This document shows, piece by piece, positions 9,048-17,292 of a stretch of DNA of 64,000 bases; positions within the stretch are counted from its first letter, which is position 1, and every line of letters begins with the position of its first letter. Both the position numbers and the translations under genes were made by a program. The notes below the pieces were generated by a model. It was given only the letters and a program-made list of their open reading frames with translations. It was not told the origin of the DNA and searched no databases. The stretch is taken from assembly GCA_964482955.1 (NCBI GenBank), contig CAYZZW010000001.1, positions 95,780-159,779 of the forward strand. The letters run 5' to 3'. The DNA is from an uncultured Treponemataceae bacterium (GTDB lineage: Bacteria; Spirochaetota; Spirochaetia; Treponematales; UBA12059).

Positions 9048-9632
9048 TTAGTGGCAGCCGCCGCAGGAGCAGCCGTGTTCCTTCTCGTCGCCGTCGCCGC
9101 AGTCGCCTTCGCAGTCGCAGTCGTCGCCGCAGGCGTCGCCGCATTCCCCGTCACCGTCGCCGCAGCCGCAGGAGCAGGCGCCGTGGACGTGGCCGTGCGA
9201 AAGCTCTTCGGCGGTGGCCTCGCGGACGTCGAGCACCTTCACCGCGAAGTGGAGCGTGTCGCCGGCCAGCGGGTGGTTGGCGTCGACCGTGACCTGGTCG
9301 CCTTCGATGGCGGTGACCGTGAGGATGCCGGGACCCTCGTCGGTGCGGAACTGCGTGCCGACCTCGAGCTCGGGGAAATCCTTGAAGCGGTCCTTGGGGA
9401 CCTGGAAGACGAGATTGTCGTCGTACTCCCCGTACGCGTCCGCGGGCGGCACGGAACAGGCGACGTCGTCGCCGTTCGTCTTGCCGTCGAGATGCTTTTC
9501 GAGGCCGGGGATGATGTTGGCGTTGCCGTGCAGGTAGACGAGGGGTTCGCCTTCGGACGAATCGATGATTTCGCCTTCGTCGTTCTTGAGCGTGTACTCG
9601 ATGCTGACCACGCGGTCCTTTTCGATGACCAT
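9048..9632 (-). CDS. slyD: FKBP-type peptidyl-prolyl cis-trans isomerase SlyD with a Cys/Asp/His-rich metal-binding tail
   Basis: Based on ORF 9048..9725, with the start at ATG 9632 (MVIEKDRVVSIEYTLKNDEGEIIDSS..). The FKBP and IF domains are recognisable (ANHPLAGDTLHFAVKVLDV). The C-terminal tail is HGHVHGACSCGCGDGDGECGDACGDDCDCEGDCGDGDEKEHGCSCGGCH. Confidence 0.85.
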   Translation of the reverse strand: MVIEKDRVVSIEYTLKNDEGEIIDSSEGEPLVYLHGNANIIPGLEKHLDGKTNGDDVACSVPPADAYGEYDDNLVFQVPKDRFKDFPELEVGTQFRTDEGPGILTVTAIEGDQVTVDANHPLAGDTLHFAVKVLDVREATAEELSHGHVHGACSCGCGDGDGECGDACGDDCDCEGDCGDGDEKEHGCSCGGCH

Positions 9633-9804
9633 GATGACTCCTCTGGGGGCTGGATCGATGACCGGCGTCGCGTCGAGGCTTGGGCCGGAAAATCTTCTCA
9701 GGTGGGGGTATGACCGCGCCGTCACGTGCGGGCGGGATCCGGCACAATATATAGAAAAGACCGCGCCGAAACAAGTCCGGAGCCCGCCCGAACGCCAGTT
9801 TCCG

Positions 9805-10770
9805 TCAGGCGCGCCCGTAGAGGAGGCGGCCGGAGTCGAAGGACGCCCTGAGTTCGCCCTTTTCCGCCAGCCAGGCTAGGTACGACCTGATCGTGCTCCC
9901 GACGAGGGCGTACTGGGCGTGGTTCATGGACAGGCCGTGTCGCCGCGCGGCGAAGGCGAGGACTTCGTCGGGGCCCGACGGCTCGCCGCAGGCTTCGAGG
10001 CAGAGCTCGGCGGTTTCCAGCACGCGGGCCCGGTTGTACGCGACGAGCGGCCGGATGTCCCGGGTCGGCTCGGCGTGGCTCGGCACGAACCAGTCGGCCT
10101 CGAAGGCTTCGAGCAGGTCGAAGGTGCGGAGCTGGGCTTCGATGTCGCGCAGGTAGAAGATCCGGTACTTGTCGAGGATGGCCTCGGAGGCGACCGTGTC
10201 GGCGCAAAAGAGGACGCGATCCGGCGTGAAGACGCCGATCATCCCGAGGAAATGCCCCGGCAGGGGCACGAGGGATAGCTCCGTGCCTGGCACCTGAGTG
10301 CCCGGCACCATACCCGGACCGGTGTCTGACACCGTGCCTGGCACCTGAGTGCCTGGCACCTGAGTGCCCGGCACCGTGCCCGGCGCGTCCAGGATGTCGT
10401 CCACGGCGCAGGGTTCGGCCATGAGGAACTTGGTGCGCAGCGCCTTGGGGGGATACCCGCCCCAGAGCAGGGAGGGCTCGAGGAAGGGATGCTCGATCAC
10501 GGCGGCTTCGAGCGCGGTGGCGCCCACGCGGCAACCCGTCCGCGCGCGGACGAAAGCCGCGCCGCCCGAGTGATCGGCGTTCGAATGCGTGAGGACGAGG
10601 CGATCGACGCGGAGCCCGGCCGCCTCGACGGCCTTGAGGAGACGGCGGCCCGCGTCGGCGTCGTTGCCCGCGTCGACGAGGGTCGCGCCGCCCGAGCCGT
10701 CCGCGACGAGACCGAGGTTCGTGGGCCCGCGCGCGACCGCGGTGCCGCCCGCGAGGGTTTCGAAGGTCAT
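9805..10770 (-). CDS. MBL-fold metallo-hydrolase carrying an in-frame VPGTQ repeat insertion
   Basis: This is the C-terminal 321 codons of the artefactual 877-aa ORF 9805..12438. The start is ATG 10770 (MTFETLAGG..). It has the HxHxDH motif (LTHSNADHSGG) and a later PLPGH. The insertion GTVPGTQVPGTQVPGTVSDTGPGMVPGTQVPGTE is encoded by palindromic repeats. Confidence 0.8.
   Translation of the reverse strand: MTFETLAGGTAVARGPTNLGLVADGSGGATLVDAGNDADAGRRLLKAVEAAGLRVDRLVLTHSNADHSGGAAFVRARTGCRVGATALEAAVIEHPFLEPSLLWGGYPPKALRTKFLMAEPCAVDDILDAPGTVPGTQVPGTQVPGTVSDTGPGMVPGTQVPGTELSLVPLPGHFLGMIGVFTPDRVLFCADTVASEAILDKYRIFYLRDIEAQLRTFDLLEAFEADWFVPSHAEPTRDIRPLVAYNRARVLETAELCLEACGEPSGPDEVLAFAARRHGLSMNHAQYALVGSTIRSYLAWLAEKGELRASFDSGRLLYGRA
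10281..10386. repeat. P palindromes (GTGCC[T/C]GGCAC, GGTGTCTGACACC) in a 15-bp in-frame tandem arrangement inside the MBL-fold CDS
   Basis: Seven palindrome copies were read directly from the sequence. They encode VPGTQ-type pentapeptides on the minus strand. Confidence 0.85.
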
Positions 10771-10787
10771 GGACGAAGGGAAACGCC

Positions 10788-11477
10788 TTACGGCGCGCGG
10801 ACGGTTTCCACCATGTAGCTCACGCCGGCGCCGGAGGCGCCCGCGAGCTTCTTTTCGACGATGAAGACGAGGGTGCGCTCGTCCGGGGCCATGACGATGC
10901 GCCGGATCGCGTAGCCCGCCACCCCGTCGCGGCTGAAGGTCGGGTTGCCCGCTTCGAAGCGGCGCACGGCCCCGTCCTTCGTCGTGACCGACACGGAGAT
11001 GCCGAAGCTGGAACTGGCGTTCTTGCCCGACTCCGTCACGCTCTGGGACAGCTTCACCGCGTATTGGTCGCCCGTCTTGAAATCCTGGAAGGACAGCGCG
11101 TCCGTCTGCGGGGCCCCGTCGAGGAGTACGTACACGAGGCGGCCCTGGCGGAGGTGGTCGATCTTCCGCGTCTTCACGACGTCGAGCCGTTCCCCGTAGA
11201 GCGCGAAGATGGCGCCCGCGGGATCCTGGCCGGGCTCGAGCCGCGACGAGTACGAGCGGCGCGAAACGCCGTCCTTCACGAAGTCGTTGCGGCGGGTGTC
11301 GACCAGGTAGAGTTCCGCGTACGGCTGGCCGGAAGCCTCGTCGATGCCGTACTGCCCGAAGCAGAAAAAGGCGGAATCGGGCGAAAACCCGAGGTTGACG
11401 AAGGCGGGCACGTCGCCGGCCCACGCGGCCGCCGCGGCGGAGGCGATGATCGCCAGAACGAACAGGGTACGTTTCAT
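10788..11477 (-). CDS. hypothetical secreted protein (possibly DUF2259-like)
   Basis: A 229-aa ORF with signal peptide MKRTLFVLAIIASAAAAAWA-GD. The composition is protein-like. The family name is only a tentative recollection. Confidence 0.5.
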   Translation of the reverse strand: MKRTLFVLAIIASAAAAAWAGDVPAFVNLGFSPDSAFFCFGQYGIDEASGQPYAELYLVDTRRNDFVKDGVSRRSYSSRLEPGQDPAGAIFALYGERLDVVKTRKIDHLRQGRLVYVLLDGAPQTDALSFQDFKTGDQYAVKLSQSVTESGKNASSSFGISVSVTTKDGAVRRFEAGNPTFSRDGVAGYAIRRIVMAPDERTLVFIVEKKLAGASGAGVSYMVETVRAP

Positions 11478-11625
11478 CCGTGTGCTCCTCGTCTATGTAT
11501 CGGCGGCCTTTCGGGCCGCCATGAACACGAAAATCGCCGCGCGGACTTCGGATACGGCGAGCCGTGGCCGCGGCCACGGCTTGCCGAGGCTTGCCGCGGA
11601 CGCTCATTGAGGATACCCTGCGGCC

Positions 11626-12432
11626 ATGACGATCGCTTCGAGGATACGGCTCTACCGCGCGGGCTGGTTCGCGTCGCTCGCCGCCTTCGCGTCCTGGACC
11701 GCGGCGTTCGCGCGCGTGCTCATGGCCGACGGGGCGCTTACGCGCGCCGCGGACGCCCTCGGCGTCGGGCCCTCCGTCCTCGTCACGTGGATCGCCTCCG
11801 CGGGCGCGGCCTGCGCCGCGTCGCTCCTGGTGCTCGGGACGATGTCCTTCGCGTACCGCAAGACCGTGTCGGCGGAGCTCTTTTTCCTGTCGCTGTGGGC
11901 GTTTTCGCTCTCGTTCGAGGCGCTCCGCGGCCTGACGGTCCAAGGCGCGCTCAACGGCGTTCCGGCGACCTTCCACGCGGCCGTCACCCGCGTCGTCGTC
12001 ATCGCGCGTTTCTTCGGCCTCTTCGCCCTGTTCTGCGCGGGTCTCTACGCGAGCGGCTACCGCAACGACCGCATCGGCTCGGTCGTCCTCGTGGCGTTGC
12101 TGGCGGCGGTCGGCATCGGCGCGGGCATTCCGCTCGATTCCGCCGACCTGTCCACCCTGCCCCTCCTCCAGCGGCCGGCCTTCGGTTCGCTCCGCGCGCT
12201 CTTCGAGTCCGTCATCGCGCTCATCACGGTGGCCGATTTCGCCTACGCGTGGCTGTGGCGCGGCGAACGCGCGTACCGCCTGCCGGCTCCCGGCTCGGCC
12301 CTGGCCCTGGGCGGCTCCTGGCTCCTCCGCGTCGCCCCCGATCCGGCCCTCGCGGCGCTCGCCTTCGTCGCGGTCTGCGCGGGCGCCTTCCTCGTCCTCA
12401 AGCCGGTGCACGAGTACTATCTCTGGCAATAG
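11626..12432 (+). CDS. hypothetical polytopic membrane protein
   Basis: A 268-aa ORF with about 8 hydrophobic segments. It is divergent from the 10788..11477 gene. Confidence 0.6.
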   Translation: MTIASRIRLYRAGWFASLAAFASWTAAFARVLMADGALTRAADALGVGPSVLVTWIASAGAACAASLLVLGTMSFAYRKTVSAELFFLSLWAFSLSFEALRGLTVQGALNGVPATFHAAVTRVVVIARFFGLFALFCAGLYASGYRNDRIGSVVLVALLAAVGIGAGIPLDSADLSTLPLLQRPAFGSLRALFESVIALITVADFAYAWLWRGERAYRLPAPGSALALGGSWLLRVAPDPALAALAFVAVCAGAFLVLKPVHEYYLWQ

Positions 12433-12466
12433 GACCATCGCCCGACGCGTGCGGCGCCGCGCTTGC

Positions 12467-12665
12467 CGCGCCAGGGGGCGAAGGGGAAAGCCCGGAGCGT
12501 CGTACGGTAGTCGCCGCAGTCGCGTACTTGCGCGCGACTGCGGCGCCGCGGCGCAGGTACGTTCGCGAGGACTTGGACCGTAGCACCCAAGTCAAAAATC
12601 TACGTCCATGTAGATTTTTGACATCGCCGAACGCTACGCGTTCAGCTGGTGTGGTTCGCGCTCCC
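12467..12665 (-). repeat. K-element copy a (double hairpin GTCAAAAATC..GATTTTTGAC plus a conserved extension)
   Basis: CGCGCCAGGGGGCGAAGGGGAAAGCCCGGAG, then a 13-bp variable hairpin, then GAGGACTTGGACCGTAGCACCCAA, then GTCAAAAATCTAC-gtccat-GTAGATTTTTGAC, then CCGAACGC..GCGTTCAG. Confidence 0.75.
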
Positions 12666-12699
12666 TGCGCGAGGCTTCCAGTAAAGCGCTTCGCGCGCC

Positions 12700-12730
12700 A
12701 AAACACCCGGCGCGAAACGCCGGGTGTTTT
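12700..12730. terminator. bidirectional intrinsic terminator
   Basis: AAAACACCCGGCG-cgaaa-CGCCGGGTGTTTT, with A/T runs on both sides. It sits between convergent genes. Confidence 0.75.
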
Positions 12731-12751
12731 GATTTTATAGGTAGATGACTA

Positions 12752-13378
12752 TCAGGCGAAGAGGTAGCGGGCGAGGAAGCCGACCGACACGGGCAGGACG
12801 AGGTTGTCGTAATCCTTGAGCGGCAGGGCTTCGACGGCGGTGGCGAAGGCGGCGACGGCGAGCGCGGGGCCGAGGCGGCGCGACACGGCGTAACCGCTCA
12901 CGAGCACCGCGACGAAGCAGGCCAGGCTGCCTTCGACGGACTTGCCGCCCGTGAAGGGGATGCGGATGGTGCCGAAGAAGCGGCCCACGAGGCTGGAGAG
13001 GCCGTCGCCGAACGCGAGGGCGTAGATGGCCACGGAAGCCGCGGGGGACGGATAGAGGAGCAGCGACAGGAGGGCGCCGAGGCCGAGCGTGACGGGCCCC
13101 ATGACGAAGTGCCCGGCGTCGCGCTTGCGGGCGGCCATTGAGGTGAGCTTGCTCACCACGGCCACTTCGTAGCCCTGGATGCGCAGGGTTTCGCAGTACG
13201 TATACAGGATGACGCCGGAACCGAGCAGGGCCAGGGTGACGCCCAGGTTCCACGCGGCGAGCACGGGCACCGTGCCGATCAGCAGGTGGATGCTCTTGCG
13301 GAGAAGTTCGGTTCTGAGCTCGTTCGCGTACCGTGAGAGGCTGCGCTGACCCGCGAGCAGGGCTAGGATCTGTTCCAT
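12752..13378 (-). CDS. CTP-dependent polyprenol/diacylglycerol kinase or phosphatidate cytidylyltransferase family membrane protein
   Basis: Based on ORF 12752..13462 (TTG start), with the start moved to the internal ATG (MEQILALLAG..; codon 29). It is polytopic, with LAFGDGLSSLVGRFFG and GKSVEGSLACF motifs typical of the dolichol/phytol-kinase-CdsA superfamily. Confidence 0.6.
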   Translation of the reverse strand: MEQILALLAGQRSLSRYANELRTELLRKSIHLLIGTVPVLAAWNLGVTLALLGSGVILYTYCETLRIQGYEVAVVSKLTSMAARKRDAGHFVMGPVTLGLGALLSLLLYPSPAASVAIYALAFGDGLSSLVGRFFGTIRIPFTGGKSVEGSLACFVAVLVSGYAVSRRLGPALAVAAFATAVEALPLKDYDNLVLPVSVGFLARYLFA

Positions 13379-13444
13379 ATCATTGCTTCCGGCTGTATAC
13401 TTGCAAATATCATGCCAACCAATGATAGTTCGGCGATTATTCGA

Positions 13445-13467
13445 CAAATCGTTGATCATCAACGATT
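13445..13467. promoter_or_regulatory. perfect 23-bp palindrome AAATCGTTGAT-C-ATCAACGATTT (candidate operator)
   Basis: It lies in the low-GC stretch 70-90 bp upstream of the 12752..13378 gene start, and contains a central GATC. Confidence 0.35.
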
Positions 13468-13650
13468 TAGTTCCCGACGGCCCGGAAGCGCCGCGCCGGA
13501 CGGCCGACGTCTCGTCTACATTTTCAGACGCGAGGTGCGATAAAAGTCATACTGGCCGGGGACGGACCCCGTCGCGCCCTTCGCCCCTCATCCCCTCGCG
13601 GCCGGGCGCGGCGTGCCGCGGCGGGTTTTGCCTGCCGGACCGCGCTCGCC

Positions 13651-13679
13651 TTGACATGCTCCCGGCCGCCCGGTAGTAT
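13651..13679 (+). promoter_or_regulatory. sigma70-type promoter of tRNA-Val (TTGACA-N17-TAGTAT)
   Basis: A consensus -35 and a good -10 lie 18 nt upstream of the mature tRNA 5' end. Confidence 0.7.
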
Positions 13680-13696
13680 GCCAGCCGCCTACTGAC

Positions 13697-13768
13697 GGAC
13701 GATTAACTCAGCGGGAGAGTGCCACCTTCACACGGTGGAAGTCATTGGTTCAAATCCAATATCGTCCA
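13697..13768 (+). tRNA. tRNA-Val (anticodon CAC)
   Basis: A cloverleaf can be drawn by hand. The acceptor pairs GGACGAT/ATCGTCC, the D-loop is AGCGGGAGA, the anticodon stem is CCACC/GGTGG with loop TTCACAC, and the T-arm is GGTTCAAATCC. No CCA is encoded. A TTGACA-N17-TAGTAT promoter lies upstream and a terminator lies downstream. Confidence 0.9.
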
Positions 13769-13773
13769 TGCCG

Positions 13774-13803
13774 ACCCGGAACGCCGCGTTCCGGGTTTTT
13801 TTT
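13774..13803 (+). terminator. intrinsic terminator after tRNA-Val
   Basis: ACCCGGAACG-ccg-CGTTCCGGGT followed by T8. Confidence 0.8.
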
Positions 13804-13836
13804 CGTCCGAACACCGGTCCGACGCCCCGGACGGCG

Positions 13837-16800
13837 TCATTTCCGCTGCGCGGGACTGTCCCGGTAGGGCGCCCAGCCCTGCGGAAACTCCATCCGCTTG
13901 GGGATGAGCCGCTCGATGACGATGTCGATGCCGCGGCGCGGGTGCGTGACGGCGTCGATGTTGGTGGCGGCCGCGGCGCGGGTGCCGGGCCGGAGCATCG
14001 TCTTCGCGTCGCGGTCGATGGCGTCCCACAGCTCGAGCGATTCCGTCCACGCCGCCATCGCCGCGCCCCGCAGGGACGGATTCCCCGTGCGCTCGGCGGC
14101 CTTGTACAGCGCCGCGCCCAGGTTGTTGTCCGTGAACATGAGGAGCTGGACCAGCTCGTGGTGGACGTCGCGCGTCTGAGGCGCCACCGCGTCGAGCCGC
14201 TCGAGCTCGGAGCGGAGCCGTTCCGCGAGCGTCTCGTAGTAGCTCCGCGCGGCGAAGTAGTCTTCGCGGCGGTACAGGGCGTTCGCGATGGCGTAATCGA
14301 GGTAGTGGCGGTCCTCCGCGATGTCGAGTCCCGCGCGGTAGAAGTGCTCCACCGCCTTGGCGGGATCCTCCAGCGAGCCGACCGCGTAGTAGATGTAGCC
14401 GCGCTGGTAGTGCATGAGCGGCGTGTCGTAGCCGTTCAGGACGGCCTCCGCGAAGAGACGGAGCGCGCCCGCGTAGTCGTCGCGGTGGGCGATGCGGATG
14501 TCCGCCAGGTTGGCGTAGATGGCGCCGTAACGGCGGTTGCGGGCCAGGCGGCGCTCCTCGACGGCGCGCTCGTAGCGGGCGCGCGCCTTTTCGAAGAAGG
14601 TTTCCGCCGTGACGACCTCGCCCGTCCGGACGTAGTACTCGCCCGACCAGTTGAGCGCGTCGACGTAGCGCCCGATGTCCCGCGAGCGGAGGTTTTCCTT
14701 CGCCTCGAACGTGATGACGGCGTTGGACAGGGCTTTCCGCTCCTCGTCGGGATTGTCGGTCAGGCGGTAGTAGCGCGACATCTGGTAATGCGTGGCGGGG
14801 ATGGTCCGGTCGAGATCGGCCGAGCGCATGAGGATCTTGCGGACGTCCTGGAGCAGGTCGCGGTCGATGAGGTAGCCGCCGAGTTCCGTCAGGGTTTCCG
14901 CGGAGATCCTCGCCTTCCACGTGTCGGTGAAGTGGGCCTTGAGCGCGAGGATCTGGTCGGACTTGTCGACGCCGCGCCCCTGTTCGAGGCGGATGAAGTA
15001 GCGGAGCATGCGCTCGAGGTACGGGTCCTTCTGGCCGTACTTCTGCACGAGCGAGGCGTACGCGACGCGCGCCTCCTCGAACTTGTCGGGCTTGTCGCCG
15101 AGCGGATCCTCTTCCGCCCAGTCGAGCCAGGAATCGCCGAGGAGGAGCAGGGCGTCCTTGTTGTAGTAATCGCGGTCGAGCACGTATTCCCGGAGGATCC
15201 GCGCGGCTTCCGCGTAGTCGTACACCTCGTCCTTTTCGAGCCGCGCCCACTCGATCGCGGCCGCGTCGTCCGACGGCCAGCGCGCCAGGAGCCGCTCGTA
15301 CTTTTCGGCGGCCAGCTCGTAGCGGTGCTTCGCGACGTAGGCGCGGGCGTAGCGGTAGTACCACGGCTTCATCGGCCAGACCTTGTCGGCCTTGCCGAAA
15401 TGCTCTTCGGCTTCCGCGAAGGCGTCGTCGCGGACGCGTTCGTAGCCGCGCGCGTACCAGGAGTTGGCCTGGATCGGCCGCCAGACGAAGGTGTAGCCGA
15501 GCCAGAGGACGCAGAGCGCCGCGGCCAGGACGCCGAGTATCATGCCCGCCATGGGCAGTATCGTGTGGACGAACAGGTACGGGAAACTCCCGCGCTCCGC
15601 CTCGAAGGCGGCGCCGGTGCGCTTTTCGTAGCCCTTGGGGAGCTCGATCGGGCGCTTGAGGATGCGGCTGGCCCAGTCCGCGACGGCGGCGGCCGAATCG
15701 CCCTCCACGAGCATCCAGACGAGGCGCGCGCGTTGCTCGTCGGTGCCGTGGATGTTCGCGATGATGTCCTCGACGGCCAGGCGCAGGTTGAGCGGGAAGC
15801 CGAGGAGGCTGTCCTGGAGGTCGTCCACCTGCTCGTCCGAAAGCGAAACCGGCTTTACGGCTCCTTCGGGGAGCGGCGCTTCGGGTTCGCGTCGCTTTTT
15901 CTCGGGCTTTTTCCTGGGCGCCTCGGGTTCGGGCTTTTTCCTGGGCGCGTGGTCGCGGGAATCGAGTTCGCTGATGGTGAAATCGTCGGCGCCGAAGCTG
16001 CCGTCGCCGCCGAAGAAATCCGGCGATTCGGGAGCGGGTTCGGGTTCGGCATTGAAGTCGGGAGCGCCGCCGAGGCCGAAAGCCGCGCCGAAGTCGTCGT
16101 TCGTCTCGAAAGCGTCCGGGGCTTTCGGGGCCGATTGCGCGGCCTGCATTCCGGACGTCGGTTTGTCCAGGCCGAAAAAGTCGACGTCGCCGCCCAAGTC
16201 GATTTCGCCGAGTTCGGGCAAGGCTTCGAGGTCCGAGGGAGCTTCTTCGCCGGGTCCGCCCGTCGTGGCGACCGGTTCCGTTTCCGTTTCCGGTTCCGCC
16301 GCCCCGACGCCGAACAAGTCGTCGCCGAGACCGGGCAGTTCGAAGCCGCCCGCCCCGGACGGCGCGTTCTCCGGTTCTTCGGCCTCGGCCGCGGTTTCTC
16401 CGAAGCCCGCTCCGAAGTCGCCCGAGGAGAGTTCGTCCGACAGGCCGGCCAGCAAGCCCGCGGTTTCGTCCGCGCCGGATTCTGCGGGTCCGCCGTCGCC
16501 GAGCGGACTGGCGGGCTTGCCGTGGTCGACCATGCCCGGTCCGCCCTCGGGCGCGGCTTCGGCGCCGGTCTCGCCCGGCAGGGCTTCGATTTCGAAGCCG
16601 CCGAGGTCGATCGCGCCGGGTTCAATCGCGCGGGGTTCCGGCGCGCCGGGTGCTTCGGTCGCCGCGGGGGGCGCTCCGCCCAGATCGGCGAGCGCGGAGA
16701 GAAAGTCCGCGTCGACGCTTTCCGTCGGCACGGACGTCCCGGGTTCGGCAGTTTCCAAGGAAGCGGAGGTCGAGCTTTCGCCCAGATGATCGAGGTCGAT

Positions 16801-17127
16801 CCCTCCGAGGAACTCGTCGAAGGACACGTCCTCTGAGGAGGATACGTCCTCCGCAGGAGCGGGAGACGGCGGGGCGGGACGGCGGTCCAGCGCGGAAAAA
16901 TCGGGAACGCGCGCGGAAACCGGCGCCGCGCCTTCCTCGAAGGCTTGGGACGGTCCTTCGCCGGGAGCGCGCTCGGGCGGAGCGATGTCGACGAGGGTTT
17001 CGTTCCACTTCTTGAGCAGCTCTTCCTCGTGACCGAGAGGCCTGAGATCCTGCTTGAACCTCTCGATGTCCTGGAGCCGCGGCATAGACTTCCTCGGGCG
17101 CGTGATGCCCCGCCCTGCGGCGGGCAT
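13837..17127 (-). CDS. large single-pass membrane protein: ~400-aa acidic low-complexity region, one TM segment, long TPR-like domain
   Basis: A 1096-aa ORF; an alternative start is at MPRLQDIERFK (17085). It has a D/E/G/A/P-rich region with a PEPEAPRKKPE repeat and a TM segment (ILPMAGMILGVLAAALCVLWLGY). About 600 aa of Tyr/Trp/Arg-rich helical repeats typical of TPR follow. Confidence 0.7.
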   Translation of the reverse strand: MPAAGRGITRPRKSMPRLQDIERFKQDLRPLGHEEELLKKWNETLVDIAPPERAPGEGPSQAFEEGAAPVSARVPDFSALDRRPAPPSPAPAEDVSSSEDVSFDEFLGGIDLDHLGESSTSASLETAEPGTSVPTESVDADFLSALADLGGAPPAATEAPGAPEPRAIEPGAIDLGGFEIEALPGETGAEAAPEGGPGMVDHGKPASPLGDGGPAESGADETAGLLAGLSDELSSGDFGAGFGETAAEAEEPENAPSGAGGFELPGLGDDLFGVGAAEPETETEPVATTGGPGEEAPSDLEALPELGEIDLGGDVDFFGLDKPTSGMQAAQSAPKAPDAFETNDDFGAAFGLGGAPDFNAEPEPAPESPDFFGGDGSFGADDFTISELDSRDHAPRKKPEPEAPRKKPEKKRREPEAPLPEGAVKPVSLSDEQVDDLQDSLLGFPLNLRLAVEDIIANIHGTDEQRARLVWMLVEGDSAAAVADWASRILKRPIELPKGYEKRTGAAFEAERGSFPYLFVHTILPMAGMILGVLAAALCVLWLGYTFVWRPIQANSWYARGYERVRDDAFAEAEEHFGKADKVWPMKPWYYRYARAYVAKHRYELAAEKYERLLARWPSDDAAAIEWARLEKDEVYDYAEAARILREYVLDRDYYNKDALLLLGDSWLDWAEEDPLGDKPDKFEEARVAYASLVQKYGQKDPYLERMLRYFIRLEQGRGVDKSDQILALKAHFTDTWKARISAETLTELGGYLIDRDLLQDVRKILMRSADLDRTIPATHYQMSRYYRLTDNPDEERKALSNAVITFEAKENLRSRDIGRYVDALNWSGEYYVRTGEVVTAETFFEKARARYERAVEERRLARNRRYGAIYANLADIRIAHRDDYAGALRLFAEAVLNGYDTPLMHYQRGYIYYAVGSLEDPAKAVEHFYRAGLDIAEDRHYLDYAIANALYRREDYFAARSYYETLAERLRSELERLDAVAPQTRDVHHELVQLLMFTDNNLGAALYKAAERTGNPSLRGAAMAAWTESLELWDAIDRDAKTMLRPGTRAAAATNIDAVTHPRRGIDIVIERLIPKRMEFPQGWAPYRDSPAQRK

Positions 17128-17292
17128 GGGGGGAGCGCGCGGAATCGCGGGCGAATCCCGCTCCCTCCGTATAATAACGGAAGAATCCGCGTCATGTTAA
17201 GCTTTATCGTGCGTCCGCCGCCGGTTCGGTGCCGGGAACGCCGTTCGGCTTCATTCCCACGCGCTTTCTGCCGATATTGGAACGGTACGATC

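Noticed and set aside
10771-12438. The upstream 556 codons of the 877-aa ORF 9805..12438.
   Set aside because: Only the C-terminal 321 codons form the MBL-fold protein. The upstream part overlaps the secreted-protein gene and the membrane-protein gene in other frames and is Arg-rich junk.
13735-16836. A 1033-aa plus-strand ORF, with further long ORFs 13742..15364 and 15855..17330.
   Set aside because: They are antisense to or out of frame with the 1096-aa TPR protein gene. The composition is dominated by Arg/Gly/Val/Asp, no motifs are present, and the ORF starts inside the tRNA-Val.
16945-17292. The N-terminal 116 codons of ORF 16945..17997.
   Set aside because: This part overlaps the start of the divergent 1096-aa gene and the intergenic promoter region. 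The protein-like sequence with a signal peptide begins at ATG 17293.
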